DNA of 64,000 nucleotides from an uncultured Gemmatimonadales bacterium (lineage in GTDB: Bacteria; Gemmatimonadota; Gemmatimonadetes; Gemmatimonadales; GWC2-71-9), in assembly GCA_963730185.1 (NCBI GenBank), contig CAVSQW010000008.1, positions 416,001 through 480,000 on the forward strand. Direction: 5' to 3'. The position numbers and the translations under genes are program-made. The first letter of the stretch is position 1. The number at the start of each line of letters is the position of its first letter. Positions 11,412 to 20,144 of this stretch are shown here, piece by piece. The notes beneath the pieces are model-generated. The model was given only the letters and a program-made list of their open reading frames with translations, searched no databases and was not told the DNA's origin.

Positions 11412-12591
11412 TCCGTTCTTCCGGTGCCATGCCGCCAGGACCGCCGCCTCGCGGTCCGGCTTGAGGCCGGCCTTCAGATTGGCTTGCCGCTCGGCGGGCC
11501 AGGTCTGGTACCAGTCGATCGTGTCCTTGGCCGTCACCGCCAAGGGGCGGAAGGTCAGACCCTTGCTCACCGCCCGGTCGATCTTGGTCGCGCCCAACAG
11601 GCCGAACGGGGTGCCCGGCGGGAACCCAGACCGGCATGTCGCTCCATGCCCTGACCTTCTGCTCCTCGAGGAAGTGGTCGGCAGCCACGTGAATCTGATG
11701 TCGTTGCTGCCGCTCGTGACCGCCCGGATCCGTACAGCATCTCGGCGAACGACAGACGGCGAACGGGGACCGGTGGCGTTGTAGATCCCGTGTCCGCCTG
11801 CTCGCCCATGCGGACGGTCCACTCGGCTGAGATCGCGGGCGTCGATGATCTGGGCCGGGCCCGTGGGCGTTTCCGGGAGCCATGACCTCGCCGCCGCGGT
11901 CGATCCGCACCGGCCAGTAGCGTGAAGCGGTCGGACGGATCTCCCGGGCCCACGATCAGGCCCGGGGCGGATGACGGTGGTCTTGCCCGGGAACCACTTC
12001 TCGGCCTCCTTCTCCGAGAGCGCCTTGAGCGGCCCGTAGACTGGCCCAGCTCGGGGGTCATCGTCTGTGCGAGAGCGGGTCGTCGGAGCGGTCCCACTGT
12101 AGGGCAGCGGCGCGTTCTCGTCGGCGGCCCGGTGTAGCTTCGGTGCGTCGTAGACCGAGATGGTCGAGATGAAGACGTACTGCCCGGCGTGCCCCGCGAG
12201 CACCACGCCGGCGTCGCGTGACCCAGCGGGGCAGGGTCGTGGGGTTGTCGATCACCACGTCCCAATCGCGCCCCTCGAGCGCTCTCGAGATCCCCGGTGG
12301 TGCGATCACCGACTGAGATGCTCGACCGCGTCCGGAAGGTCCGCGTCGACGTCGCCCGCGGTTGAACACCGTCACCTTGTGGCCCCGCGCGACCGCGTAG
12401 CGCACCTCGTACGGTCCGATGAACCCGGTGCCGCCCAGGATCAGGATGTCGAGTGGCCGCCGAGCCCGCGGGACGGCGCCGGGCCCCGGCGCCCGGACGG
12501 CGGGCTGCAGCGGTCGGCCGGAGCGGCCGATGAGCGACCACGCGCCGAGCGTGGCGGCGGAGGCGTGGAAGAAATCGCGTCTCGTGGACAT
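11409..12591 (-). CDS. Tat-signal NAD-dependent epimerase/reductase (isoflavone-reductase-like SDR); multiple frameshifts
   Basis: MSTRRDFF twin-arginine motif, ILILGGTGFIG, YVFISTISVY, YGPLKALSE, GLTFRPLAVTAKDT, REAAVLAAW. Confidence 0.75.
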
Positions 12592-12664
12592 GCCGTTTCC
12601 TGGTGGCGTGCGGGGACCATTCGAATTCCGACAACGGACGTTCTCGCCCCAAGGTTAGTGCCGA

Positions 12665-15448
12665 TCACGGCGTTTTGGCACTGCCCTCCGGGTCGTACCG
12701 AGCCGCCTCGTCCGGTCGACCCCACTTCAGGTAGAGCCGTCTCAGGTCGTTCGCGGCGTGAAGGGTGAAGCGATTGTCTGGTCCCCAGGCGGCCAACATC
12801 TCCCGATAGCCGGCGACCAGCAGCGATTCCGCGGCCGCGAAATGGCCCATCGCGCCCTCGCACTCTCCGAGCAGGATCCGGGGGCGGACCCGGTCGGCGA
12901 TGTTCTCGGGGAGCAGCGCGTCGCGCCGGAGCTGGATTGCCCTCTTGAAGAGCGGAATGCCGTTGGGACAGTCGCCGGAACGGGCCAGCACCTCGCCGTG
13001 GTCCACCAGCGTCGTCGACACCCGTGGCGTGCCTCGCCAGGCCGAGTCCAGCACGGGCACCGCCCTCCGGTAGAGGGAGTCGGCGCGGGGCAGGTTGCCT
13101 CGGAGGAGTTCGGTGTAGGCGAGGTTGGTCATGGTCACCGCGGTGCTCGGGTTTCGGGGACCGAGCGCGGCCGTGAAGCGGGAGACGGCGGAATCGTAGA
13201 GTGCCGCGGCCTCGTCCAGGCGTCCCTCGTGCTGGATGATCCCCGCCATGTCCGCCGTCGCGATCATGACCGCCAGGCTCGTGTCGCCGTGGAGGAGTCG
13301 CTGCTGCGCGAGGGATGCTCGGAAGAGTGATTCGGCGGTGGCGGATTGTCCCAAGGCGTCTCGCGCTCGCGCGAGCATAGCCAGACCTGCGGCCAGGTCC
13401 GGGTGGGGGCCGGAGAACACTCGGCGCTGGATCGCGATCGCCCGCTCGATCAGGGGCGCGGCCGAGTCCGCGGCGCCGCGTTCGAGCAACGCCCGGGCGA
13501 CGTCCGTCATCGTCCCGGCGACGAGGGGGTGATCGGGGCCGAGGCTGGCTTCGCGCCGGGCCAGGGCGTCGCGCCAATACCGCTCGGCGGTCTCCCAGTC
13601 GCCGCGGTTGGTCGCCAGGTACCCGAGGTTCACGATGAGCTGGTCGATCGGCTGGCCGAGGTCGTCGTCCAGGGTCCGGCCGATGGCGAGTGACTCTTCG
13701 TACGCGGCCCGCGCGGCGGCATCGTCTCCCGCGACTTGCCGGGCGTATCCGTACCCTCTCAGGACCAGCGCGAGCTCGGCGCGCCGACCGTGCCCGAGCC
13801 GGCGGGCCGCACGCAGCGCCTCGCCCAGGGTGGCCTGCGCGGCGGGGTCTGCGCGAGCCTCGGCCTGCCAGACGCCGAGGAGGGTGAGCATCGCGAGCCG
13901 GGTGGAGTCTTGGCGCGAGGTGGCCCGGCGGATCGTCCCGACGGCGTCGGTCAGGAGCGCCACGCTCCGCGCCCTGCGGCCCAGGTTGCGGTAGGCTCGG
14001 GCGATCACCTCGAGCAGCCGGGCCTTGACCACGGGGCTGGCCGTGAGCCCGGTCCGCACCCGCTCGGCCCCCCGGTCGAGCACGTCGCCCACCCTGACGG
14101 TGTCCCCTTGGGTTTCCGTAGGGTCAGCGCCCGCGAAAATCTCCTGCAGCAGGTCCGCCACCTGCTCGGCCTGGATCCGCTGCGCCGCCACCCGGCGGGA
14201 CGTCCGGGTCGCCAGCACCCCGTATCCGAGGGCCGCCACCAGGAGGAGCCCGGCCACCCCGGTGCCAGCCCGATGCCGGTGCACGAACTTCCCGATCCGG
14301 TAGGGCAGGGTGGCCGGCCGGGCCTGGACCGGCAGCCCCTCACGGTGCCGACGGACGTCGGCGCCGAGCTGCTCGGCGGTCGCATAGCGGCGGTCGGGCT
14401 CCAGCCGAGTGGCCTTACGGACGATGTTGTCGAGGTCGCCGGCGAGCGAGCGCCGCAACCGCTCCGGGGTCGTGCGACGAGCCTCGGCGATCGCGGCCGC
14501 GGCCGGAGAGGAGCGCTGACGCCGGCGCGCCACGGCGAGCGACGGCTTCGGGACCTCGCGCTCGGGACCGGGCGGCTGGGCGTCGCCGCTCGGGTGCGGC
14601 TCCTCACCGGTCAGAAGCTCGAACAGCAGAGCCCCGAGCTGATAAACGTCGCTCGCCGTCGTGATCGGGCCCCCGCGGAGCTGCTCCGGCGAGGCGTATT
14701 GGGGCGTCATCAACCGGAGGCCCGAGACGGTCACCGGTCCGCGGGCGCCGCCCGAGTCGTCGAGCAGCTTCGCGATGCCGAAGTCCAGCAGGCGGGGCTC
14801 GCCGTCGGCCGTCACCAGGATGTTGGTCGGCTTGAGGTCGCGGTGCACGATCAGGTGGCGGTGCGCGTAGGCGACCGCGTCGCAGACCTGCTCGAACAGG
14901 CGAAGGCGCTCGTCGACCGTCGATCGCTCGCCGTCGGAATAGCGGTCGATCGGGAGTCCCGGCACGTACTCCATCGCGAACCAGGGGGTGCCGTCCTCGG
15001 CCACTCCCGCGTCGAGCAGTCGCGCGATCCGGGGGTGCTCCAGCTGCGCCAGGAGCCGCCGTTCATGGAGGAACCGGTTGATCCGCTCGGGCTCGGCCAG
15101 ACCACCCGCCACCAGCTTGAGGGCGGCCTGCTTGCCGACGTCCTCGCGCTCCGCCAGGCAAACGATGCCCATCCCGCCCTGCCCGAGCATCTCGACCACG
15201 GTGTACGGCCCGAGTCGCCGACCGACCAGCGAGGGTGGCGGCCCCTCGCTGACGGCCGCGGCTAGCTCGTCGGGGGCGGCGTCCAGCAGCGGGGCCGCGC
15301 CCGCGTCGGCCTGGAGCATCGCCGTGACCTGTCTGCGGAGCGCCTCGTCGCCGGCGGCCTCGGCGGCGACGAAGGCCGTCCGTTCGGCCGCCGGGCGCTC
15401 GAGCGCCCGGGCGAAGAGATCCATCGGATCCGGCCGGGGCCGGGTCAT
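12665..15448 (-). CDS. Membrane Ser/Thr protein kinase with C-terminal TPR repeats
   Basis: LGQGGMG, ALK, HRDLKPTN, LDFGIAK, TPQYASPEQ; TM segment GVAGLLLVAALGYGVLA; TPR repeats (LGPDHPLVA, GPHPDLAA, LGPRNPSTA). Confidence 0.92.
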   Translation of the reverse strand: MTRPRPDPMDLFARALERPAAERTAFVAAEAAGDEALRRQVTAMLQADAGAAPLLDAAPDELAAAVSEGPPPSLVGRRLGPYTVVEMLGQGGMGIVCLAEREDVGKQAALKLVAGGLAEPERINRFLHERRLLAQLEHPRIARLLDAGVAEDGTPWFAMEYVPGLPIDRYSDGERSTVDERLRLFEQVCDAVAYAHRHLIVHRDLKPTNILVTADGEPRLLDFGIAKLLDDSGGARGPVTVSGLRLMTPQYASPEQLRGGPITTASDVYQLGALLFELLTGEEPHPSGDAQPPGPEREVPKPSLAVARRRQRSSPAAAAIAEARRTTPERLRRSLAGDLDNIVRKATRLEPDRRYATAEQLGADVRRHREGLPVQARPATLPYRIGKFVHRHRAGTGVAGLLLVAALGYGVLATRTSRRVAAQRIQAEQVADLLQEIFAGADPTETQGDTVRVGDVLDRGAERVRTGLTASPVVKARLLEVIARAYRNLGRRARSVALLTDAVGTIRRATSRQDSTRLAMLTLLGVWQAEARADPAAQATLGEALRAARRLGHGRRAELALVLRGYGYARQVAGDDAAARAAYEESLAIGRTLDDDLGQPIDQLIVNLGYLATNRGDWETAERYWRDALARREASLGPDHPLVAGTMTDVARALLERGAADSAAPLIERAIAIQRRVFSGPHPDLAAGLAMLARARDALGQSATAESLFRASLAQQRLLHGDTSLAVMIATADMAGIIQHEGRLDEAAALYDSAVSRFTAALGPRNPSTAVTMTNLAYTELLRGNLPRADSLYRRAVPVLDSAWRGTPRVSTTLVDHGEVLARSGDCPNGIPLFKRAIQLRRDALLPENIADRVRPRILLGECEGAMGHFAAAESLLVAGYREMLAAWGPDNRFTLHAANDLRRLYLKWGRPDEAARYDPEGSAKTP

Positions 15449-16008
15449 CGATCGCGTCCCAGCTCGACCGCCAGCCAGGCTCGCGCGGCGCGCCAGTCGC
15501 GCTCCACGGTCGGTCGGGAGACGCCCAGAACCTCGGCCGTCTCGTCGGCCGTCAGCCCGGCGAAGATCCGTTGCTCGACCACACTCGCCCGGCGGGGATC
15601 CGCGGCCTGGAGTCGGTCGAGCGCTTCGTCGAGCGCCAGGAGCTGTTCCGGCCGCAACGGCGCCTGGTAGGCGGACTCGTCCAGCGAGACATCGGGAAGG
15701 CGGCCGCCGCGCTTCTGGGCGACCTGACGACGCGCGGCATCCACCAGCACCTGGCGGATGGCTCGCGCGGCCAGCGCGAAGAAGTGGGCCCGGCTCTTCA
15801 CCTCGAGCGATTCGGCCGCCGACAGCTTGAGGTAGGCCTCGTGGACCAGGGCGGTGGTGTTGAGCGTGTCGCTGGGGCGCTCGCCGCGGATCCGGTGGGC
15901 CAGCCGCTTGAGCTCGGAATAGACCCGCGAGAAGAGCGCGTCGAGCGCCGGGGCGCGGGCGGTCAAACGAGTCGTCGGGTCTGGGTGGTGGGGTTGGCTG
16001 CGGTCCAC
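15445..16008 (-). CDS. ECF sigma factor of the kinase-associated (TIGR02999-like) type
   Basis: GTG at 16008 with GGAGG upstream. Motifs VYSELKRLA, TLNTTALVHEAYLKL, HFFALAARAIRQVLVDAAR, QKRGG, LLALDEAL, VERDWRAARAWL. ATGA overlap with the kinase. Confidence 0.88.
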   Translation of the reverse strand: MDRSQPHHPDPTTRLTARAPALDALFSRVYSELKRLAHRIRGERPSDTLNTTALVHEAYLKLSAAESLEVKSRAHFFALAARAIRQVLVDAARRQVAQKRGGRLPDVSLDESAYQAPLRPEQLLALDEALDRLQAADPRRASVVEQRIFAGLTADETAEVLGVSRPTVERDWRAARAWLAVELGRDR

Positions 16009-16192
16009 GGCACAGCCTCCTGGCGCGGGTAAGGCCGGGTGGCGTCTTCGGCTAAGATCCGCCCTCACGGGGGAGATCGCAACACCCGCGTCCCGGTCCT
16101 GATGGGTTCCGCTCTCCAATTGCGTGAGGTCCAAGTGAGCCGCCGCTCGACCCCCGAGTCCGCGGCTCCCAGCTCACCAACCGGGAGGGACC

Positions 16193-16732
16193 ATGTTACT
16201 CCGCCTCGGCCCGTTGCTCGAAGCTCTTGGCATCGCCGCGGTGTTCGCCGTGGGGTTGCCGGGGTCCGGCGTTCGGGCCCAATCATACCCCAAGCTCCTC
16301 ACCAACGGCGGCGGCCTAGCCCTCACCAAGCTGGGCATCCAGGAACAGGTCGGCGGTCGGTGGGGTGCCACGCCGTCGCTCCGGCCCGGGGCGAAGTATC
16401 GGCTCCAGGCCCGCTTTACGAACTTCTTCCAGAACGTGTACTCGTACGGCAACCACGTTCGCGACGTCATTCGCCTGAGTTACGAGGTGCAACTCCCGGG
16501 CGCGACATTCTATCCGACGGCTTCGTACTCGGGGTCCGGGGTGGCGAAGTTCGCCCAGGGCTACGACCCGGCCGGCCTGGGACCGACCCGGTCGAAATCC
16601 TTCTACCACTACTTCACCTGGTCCGGCCCTCCGATGCCGCTGTTCAACCTCAGCCTCCAGGTCACCATGACCGGGTCGGAGGTCGTCGATCTGGCCCGCC
16701 AGAGCGCCCCGATCAAGCCCAGCAGCCCGTGA
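16193..16732 (+). CDS. Hypothetical secreted protein (about 150 aa mature, beta-rich)
   Basis: GGGAGG RBS; N-terminal hydrophobic signal ending VRA-QS; no family recognised. Confidence 0.65.
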   Translation: MLLRLGPLLEALGIAAVFAVGLPGSGVRAQSYPKLLTNGGGLALTKLGIQEQVGGRWGATPSLRPGAKYRLQARFTNFFQNVYSYGNHVRDVIRLSYEVQLPGATFYPTASYSGSGVAKFAQGYDPAGLGPTRSKSFYHYFTWSGPPMPLFNLSLQVTMTGSEVVDLARQSAPIKPSSP

Positions 16733-18855
16733 CGACGGAAGCCGAGGCGCGAATCGTGCGCATGCCCAGGCTGGCCTGGTCCATTCGAGCCCTCGGGTCG
16801 ATCTGGCTGGCGACCGGGCCGGCGACTGTGCTCGGCGCTCAGTCCGGGTCGGCTGATCCGACGATCGAGCCCGGGTGGCCGGTCGACCGGTTCGTGTCAG
16901 GCCGCTCTCCGCTCGAGCTCACGCTGAGTCGGCCGCTCCGCGGTGGGGTCGAGCGGATCGCGTTGGTGATCGGCACGACCGACGTATCCAGTCTGGTCTC
17001 GATTCGGGGTACCCGCGTCCGGTACCGGCCCACCGCGCTCCGACTCCCGAGCGGCGAGACCGAGGTGGTAGCCTCGCTGGTCGACAGCACCGGCGCCTGG
17101 CGCGAGTTGGGGCGGTTTCCGCTCCGGGTTCGGAGCCGGCTGGGGCTCGACCAGGGACGGGTGCTTCCCAGCGTCGACCTGAGCAGCACCGGTCAGCTGG
17201 ACCAGGGTGGCACCGACCCAACGCCGGTCGCCCGGCGAACCTATCAGGACGTGACCGTGCGGGCCGGGCTCGAAACCTCGGCCGCGCGCGGCGGCTGGCG
17301 AATCGAGGCCACCGGCAATGCGTTGGGCGTGACCGAGGCGAGCCAACGCCTCCGCTTCGCCGAGCGGCAGGATGGCGCTCCGGCGTTCGACCTCTCCGAC
17401 TACCGGGTCCAGGTCTCGCGCGGCGGGGCCCAGCTCGCCCTCGGCAACGTGTCCGCCGGGCAGAACCGCTATCTCATCGACGGCTTCGCCAGCCGGGGCG
17501 TGCGGGGCAGCGTGCCGTTGGGGCCGATCGCCCAGCTCGACGCCGCAGTGCTCAACGGGACCAACGTGGTCGGTTGGAACAACCTCCTGGGCTTCACCGC
17601 GCCCGACCACCGGATGGCCACTGTGCGGCTGGGTCTCGAGCTGGTCCCCAGCCGCCCCGGCGGCGTGCACGTCGACCTCTCGGGTCTGGACGGGTCGCTG
17701 CTTCCCGAGAGTGGTTACCAGCAGGGAGCGGCCACCGACGCCGAGGAAAGTCGAGGCGTGGGCGTCCAGGTGGCGCTCAGCGACGCCCGCCAGCGGATCC
17801 GGTTCACCGGCGGCATCGCCCGGTCGCGGTTCCTCAATCCGACCGATCCATTGCTCGCGGGCGACACCACGATCGTATCCGTGCGGCCGACCACTCGGAC
17901 CGCGCGCTTCGGTGAGCTCGACCTGCAGCTGCTCCAGGACGTCGCCGTGACCGGTGCGATCCGAACCTCCCTCGGTGTCGCCCTCCATCACGAACGGGTC
18001 GATCCGCTCTACCGGAGCGTCGGAGCCTCTGTCCAGTCCGACCTGCAATCGAACGGACTCGACCTCAACGGCGGGTTCGGGGCGCTGGCCTTGCAAGGGT
18101 CGATTGCGAGCAGCCGCGACAACCTCGCCGATCTGCCCTCGGTGCTCACCACCAGGACCCGAAACCAATCCATCAATGGGTCGTTGCCACTCGGCTCGCT
18201 GTTCCAGTCCTCGGGGGCCTGGTACTGGCCGGTGGTCACCGCGGGCTGGCAACGGGTCCGCCAGGCGGGGGCGGGCCTGCCGACCGACGGTGGCTTCTCG
18301 GATTCGCACGTCCCGGATCAGTGGAGCACGGTCCAGACGGCGAGCCTGGCCTGGACGCGCGGCACCTGGAGCCTCGGCTACCGCTGGAATCAGTCGGTCC
18401 AGGACAACCGGCAGCCGGGTCGGGAGCAGGCCGATTTCCGCGGCACCGTCCATGGCTTGACCCTGGGGCTCTCGCCGTCGCCGCGATGGTCCTCGAGCCT
18501 CGATCTGAGCGTCGAACGCCAGAAGAGCTTCGAGTCGGGCACCACCCAGCGGCTCGAGCGGCTGGGGGGCTCACTGCAGTGGCAGCCGGGGAACGCGACT
18601 TCGGTCACGGGATCGGTCTCGCAGAGCTGGGGACGGGATCCGTCGGCCGAGCAGCGGACCCGGAACACCGAGCTTCAAGTCGAGGTGTCGCAGGGACTCA
18701 CGCTCTATCGCCGGCCGGAGAGCGGATCGCAGGGACGCCTCTTCGTCCGGTTCGCCCGTACCCGTGCTGCGCTCCTGCCGTTCGCCCCGCCGAGCCTGGT
18801 GGCGCCGCGCATCTTCTGGACCCTGAATGCCGGCGGCTCGATCCGCCTCTACTGA
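16729..18855 (+). CDS. Hypothetical outer-membrane beta-barrel protein with N-terminal Ig-like region
   Basis: Start at GTG 16729 (GTGA overlap) or ATG 16762; signal peptide ending LGA-QS. Long run of amphipathic strands. C-terminus WTLNAGGSIRLY ends in an aromatic residue with beta-signal-like alternation. Confidence 0.65.
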   Translation: MTTEAEARIVRMPRLAWSIRALGSIWLATGPATVLGAQSGSADPTIEPGWPVDRFVSGRSPLELTLSRPLRGGVERIALVIGTTDVSSLVSIRGTRVRYRPTALRLPSGETEVVASLVDSTGAWRELGRFPLRVRSRLGLDQGRVLPSVDLSSTGQLDQGGTDPTPVARRTYQDVTVRAGLETSAARGGWRIEATGNALGVTEASQRLRFAERQDGAPAFDLSDYRVQVSRGGAQLALGNVSAGQNRYLIDGFASRGVRGSVPLGPIAQLDAAVLNGTNVVGWNNLLGFTAPDHRMATVRLGLELVPSRPGGVHVDLSGLDGSLLPESGYQQGAATDAEESRGVGVQVALSDARQRIRFTGGIARSRFLNPTDPLLAGDTTIVSVRPTTRTARFGELDLQLLQDVAVTGAIRTSLGVALHHERVDPLYRSVGASVQSDLQSNGLDLNGGFGALALQGSIASSRDNLADLPSVLTTRTRNQSINGSLPLGSLFQSSGAWYWPVVTAGWQRVRQAGAGLPTDGGFSDSHVPDQWSTVQTASLAWTRGTWSLGYRWNQSVQDNRQPGREQADFRGTVHGLTLGLSPSPRWSSSLDLSVERQKSFESGTTQRLERLGGSLQWQPGNATSVTGSVSQSWGRDPSAEQRTRNTELQVEVSQGLTLYRRPESGSQGRLFVRFARTRAALLPFAPPSLVAPRIFWTLNAGGSIRLY

Positions 18856-18860
18856 CGACC

Positions 18861-20132
18861 ATGCGAACACCGTCCCGCGCTGCCCTCGCCGTCTGGCTCA
18901 TCCTCGGGTCGTGGTCGGCCGCCCGAGCTCAGATCCGGGTCAATCCGACCGGGGTCAACGTCAACGCGCAGGGGGCGACGACCGTCTTCCTCACCTTCGG
19001 CGGCGTTGCCGGGTACCAGGCCGTTGAGGCGCTCTGGTGTGGGGAGCTCATTCCGGCCTCGCCCGCGATCGGTCAGCGGTGCGACCCCGCCACGATCTTC
19101 GGGTCACTCCCCCTTCGCTACGACTTGGCGGTCCCCAGCGGGACCGGCGCGCTGACCGACATCATGACCATCCCGCCTTCCGTGTCACGCCGTGCCTATC
19201 AGGCGGCCGAGGTCGGGGCGGTCTCCTCGTTCTTCTACGTGCGTCGGTTCCGAAGCCTGCTGGGCGGGCCGGATCAGTACGTGGCCGTCACCTGTCGAAT
19301 GACCGGAGGGGGCGCCCGGACGCCGCTCTCGCTCACCGACGTCCGGGTCGAGTTCATCCCTCAGGCTACGGTCCTCGAAGTGGCCGAGGGCGAGAGGCCG
19401 CCCGCCTGGGAGGCGAAGATCGCGTACACCGGCACCGGCCGTCTCATGGGGCGGTGGGAGATCGTCCTGCCCGGCGAAGATCTGCCGACGACCGAAGACC
19501 TCCTCACCGAAGCCAGCCTGCCGGTGGAGCGACGAGCCGGTCAACGACGCTACACCCAGCTGAGCCGGTTCAACCTCTTCCTGCCGCCCACCGGACGGGT
19601 TGTTCTGCCGGGTCCCGATCCCGGTCGGCTCCCGACCGCCGTCGATGGCGTGTACTACCTCCTGCTTCGGGTGGAAGCGACGGAGGACAAGGAAGGCGAT
19701 TCGGATCTGGGAGCGGTCGGGGCGGGGACCGGCGTGGTGGCCGGCGGGGCCGTGGCCGGGTTCCCGATGCCGGTGCTCCGTTACATGGTCGGGAGCGGCC
19801 AGCCGGTCGTGGCCGACTTTTCCTCGGAGCTCGGGGGCGTGACCTTGCTGGCGCCCGTCGCCGGGGCGTCCCTCGATCCGGCCGTTCCCCTCACCTTCAC
19901 CTGGCAGGTGCCCGACGGCGCCGCCGTCAGTCGGATCGAGATCGAAACGGCCGAGGGCGAACCCGTGCTCTCGGCCCTCGTCTCCGGCGCCGTCGCGGGT
20001 TACCGCGCTCCGCCCTGGCTGCTGGAGCGAGCCCAGCGCGCCGCCATCCGCTGGCGAGTGGTCGCCACCGACCCGGCGGGACGGGAGCTGGCCCGGAGCG
20101 CGTGGCGTCCGGGTCGATGGCGGGCGCCGTAG
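18861..20132 (+). CDS. Hypothetical exported protein (multi-domain, probably beta-sandwich)
   Basis: ATG 18861; signal MRTPSRAALAVWLILGSWSAARA-QIRVNPTGVNV; three Cys; C-terminal FnIII-like segment (LTFTWQ...IRWRVVATD). Confidence 0.7.
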   Translation: MRTPSRAALAVWLILGSWSAARAQIRVNPTGVNVNAQGATTVFLTFGGVAGYQAVEALWCGELIPASPAIGQRCDPATIFGSLPLRYDLAVPSGTGALTDIMTIPPSVSRRAYQAAEVGAVSSFFYVRRFRSLLGGPDQYVAVTCRMTGGGARTPLSLTDVRVEFIPQATVLEVAEGERPPAWEAKIAYTGTGRLMGRWEIVLPGEDLPTTEDLLTEASLPVERRAGQRRYTQLSRFNLFLPPTGRVVLPGPDPGRLPTAVDGVYYLLLRVEATEDKEGDSDLGAVGAGTGVVAGGAVAGFPMPVLRYMVGSGQPVVADFSSELGGVTLLAPVAGASLDPAVPLTFTWQVPDGAAVSRIEIETAEGEPVLSALVSGAVAGYRAPPWLLERAQRAAIRWRVVATDPAGRELARSAWRPGRWRAP

Positions 20133-20144
20133 CCTCGGGACGGT

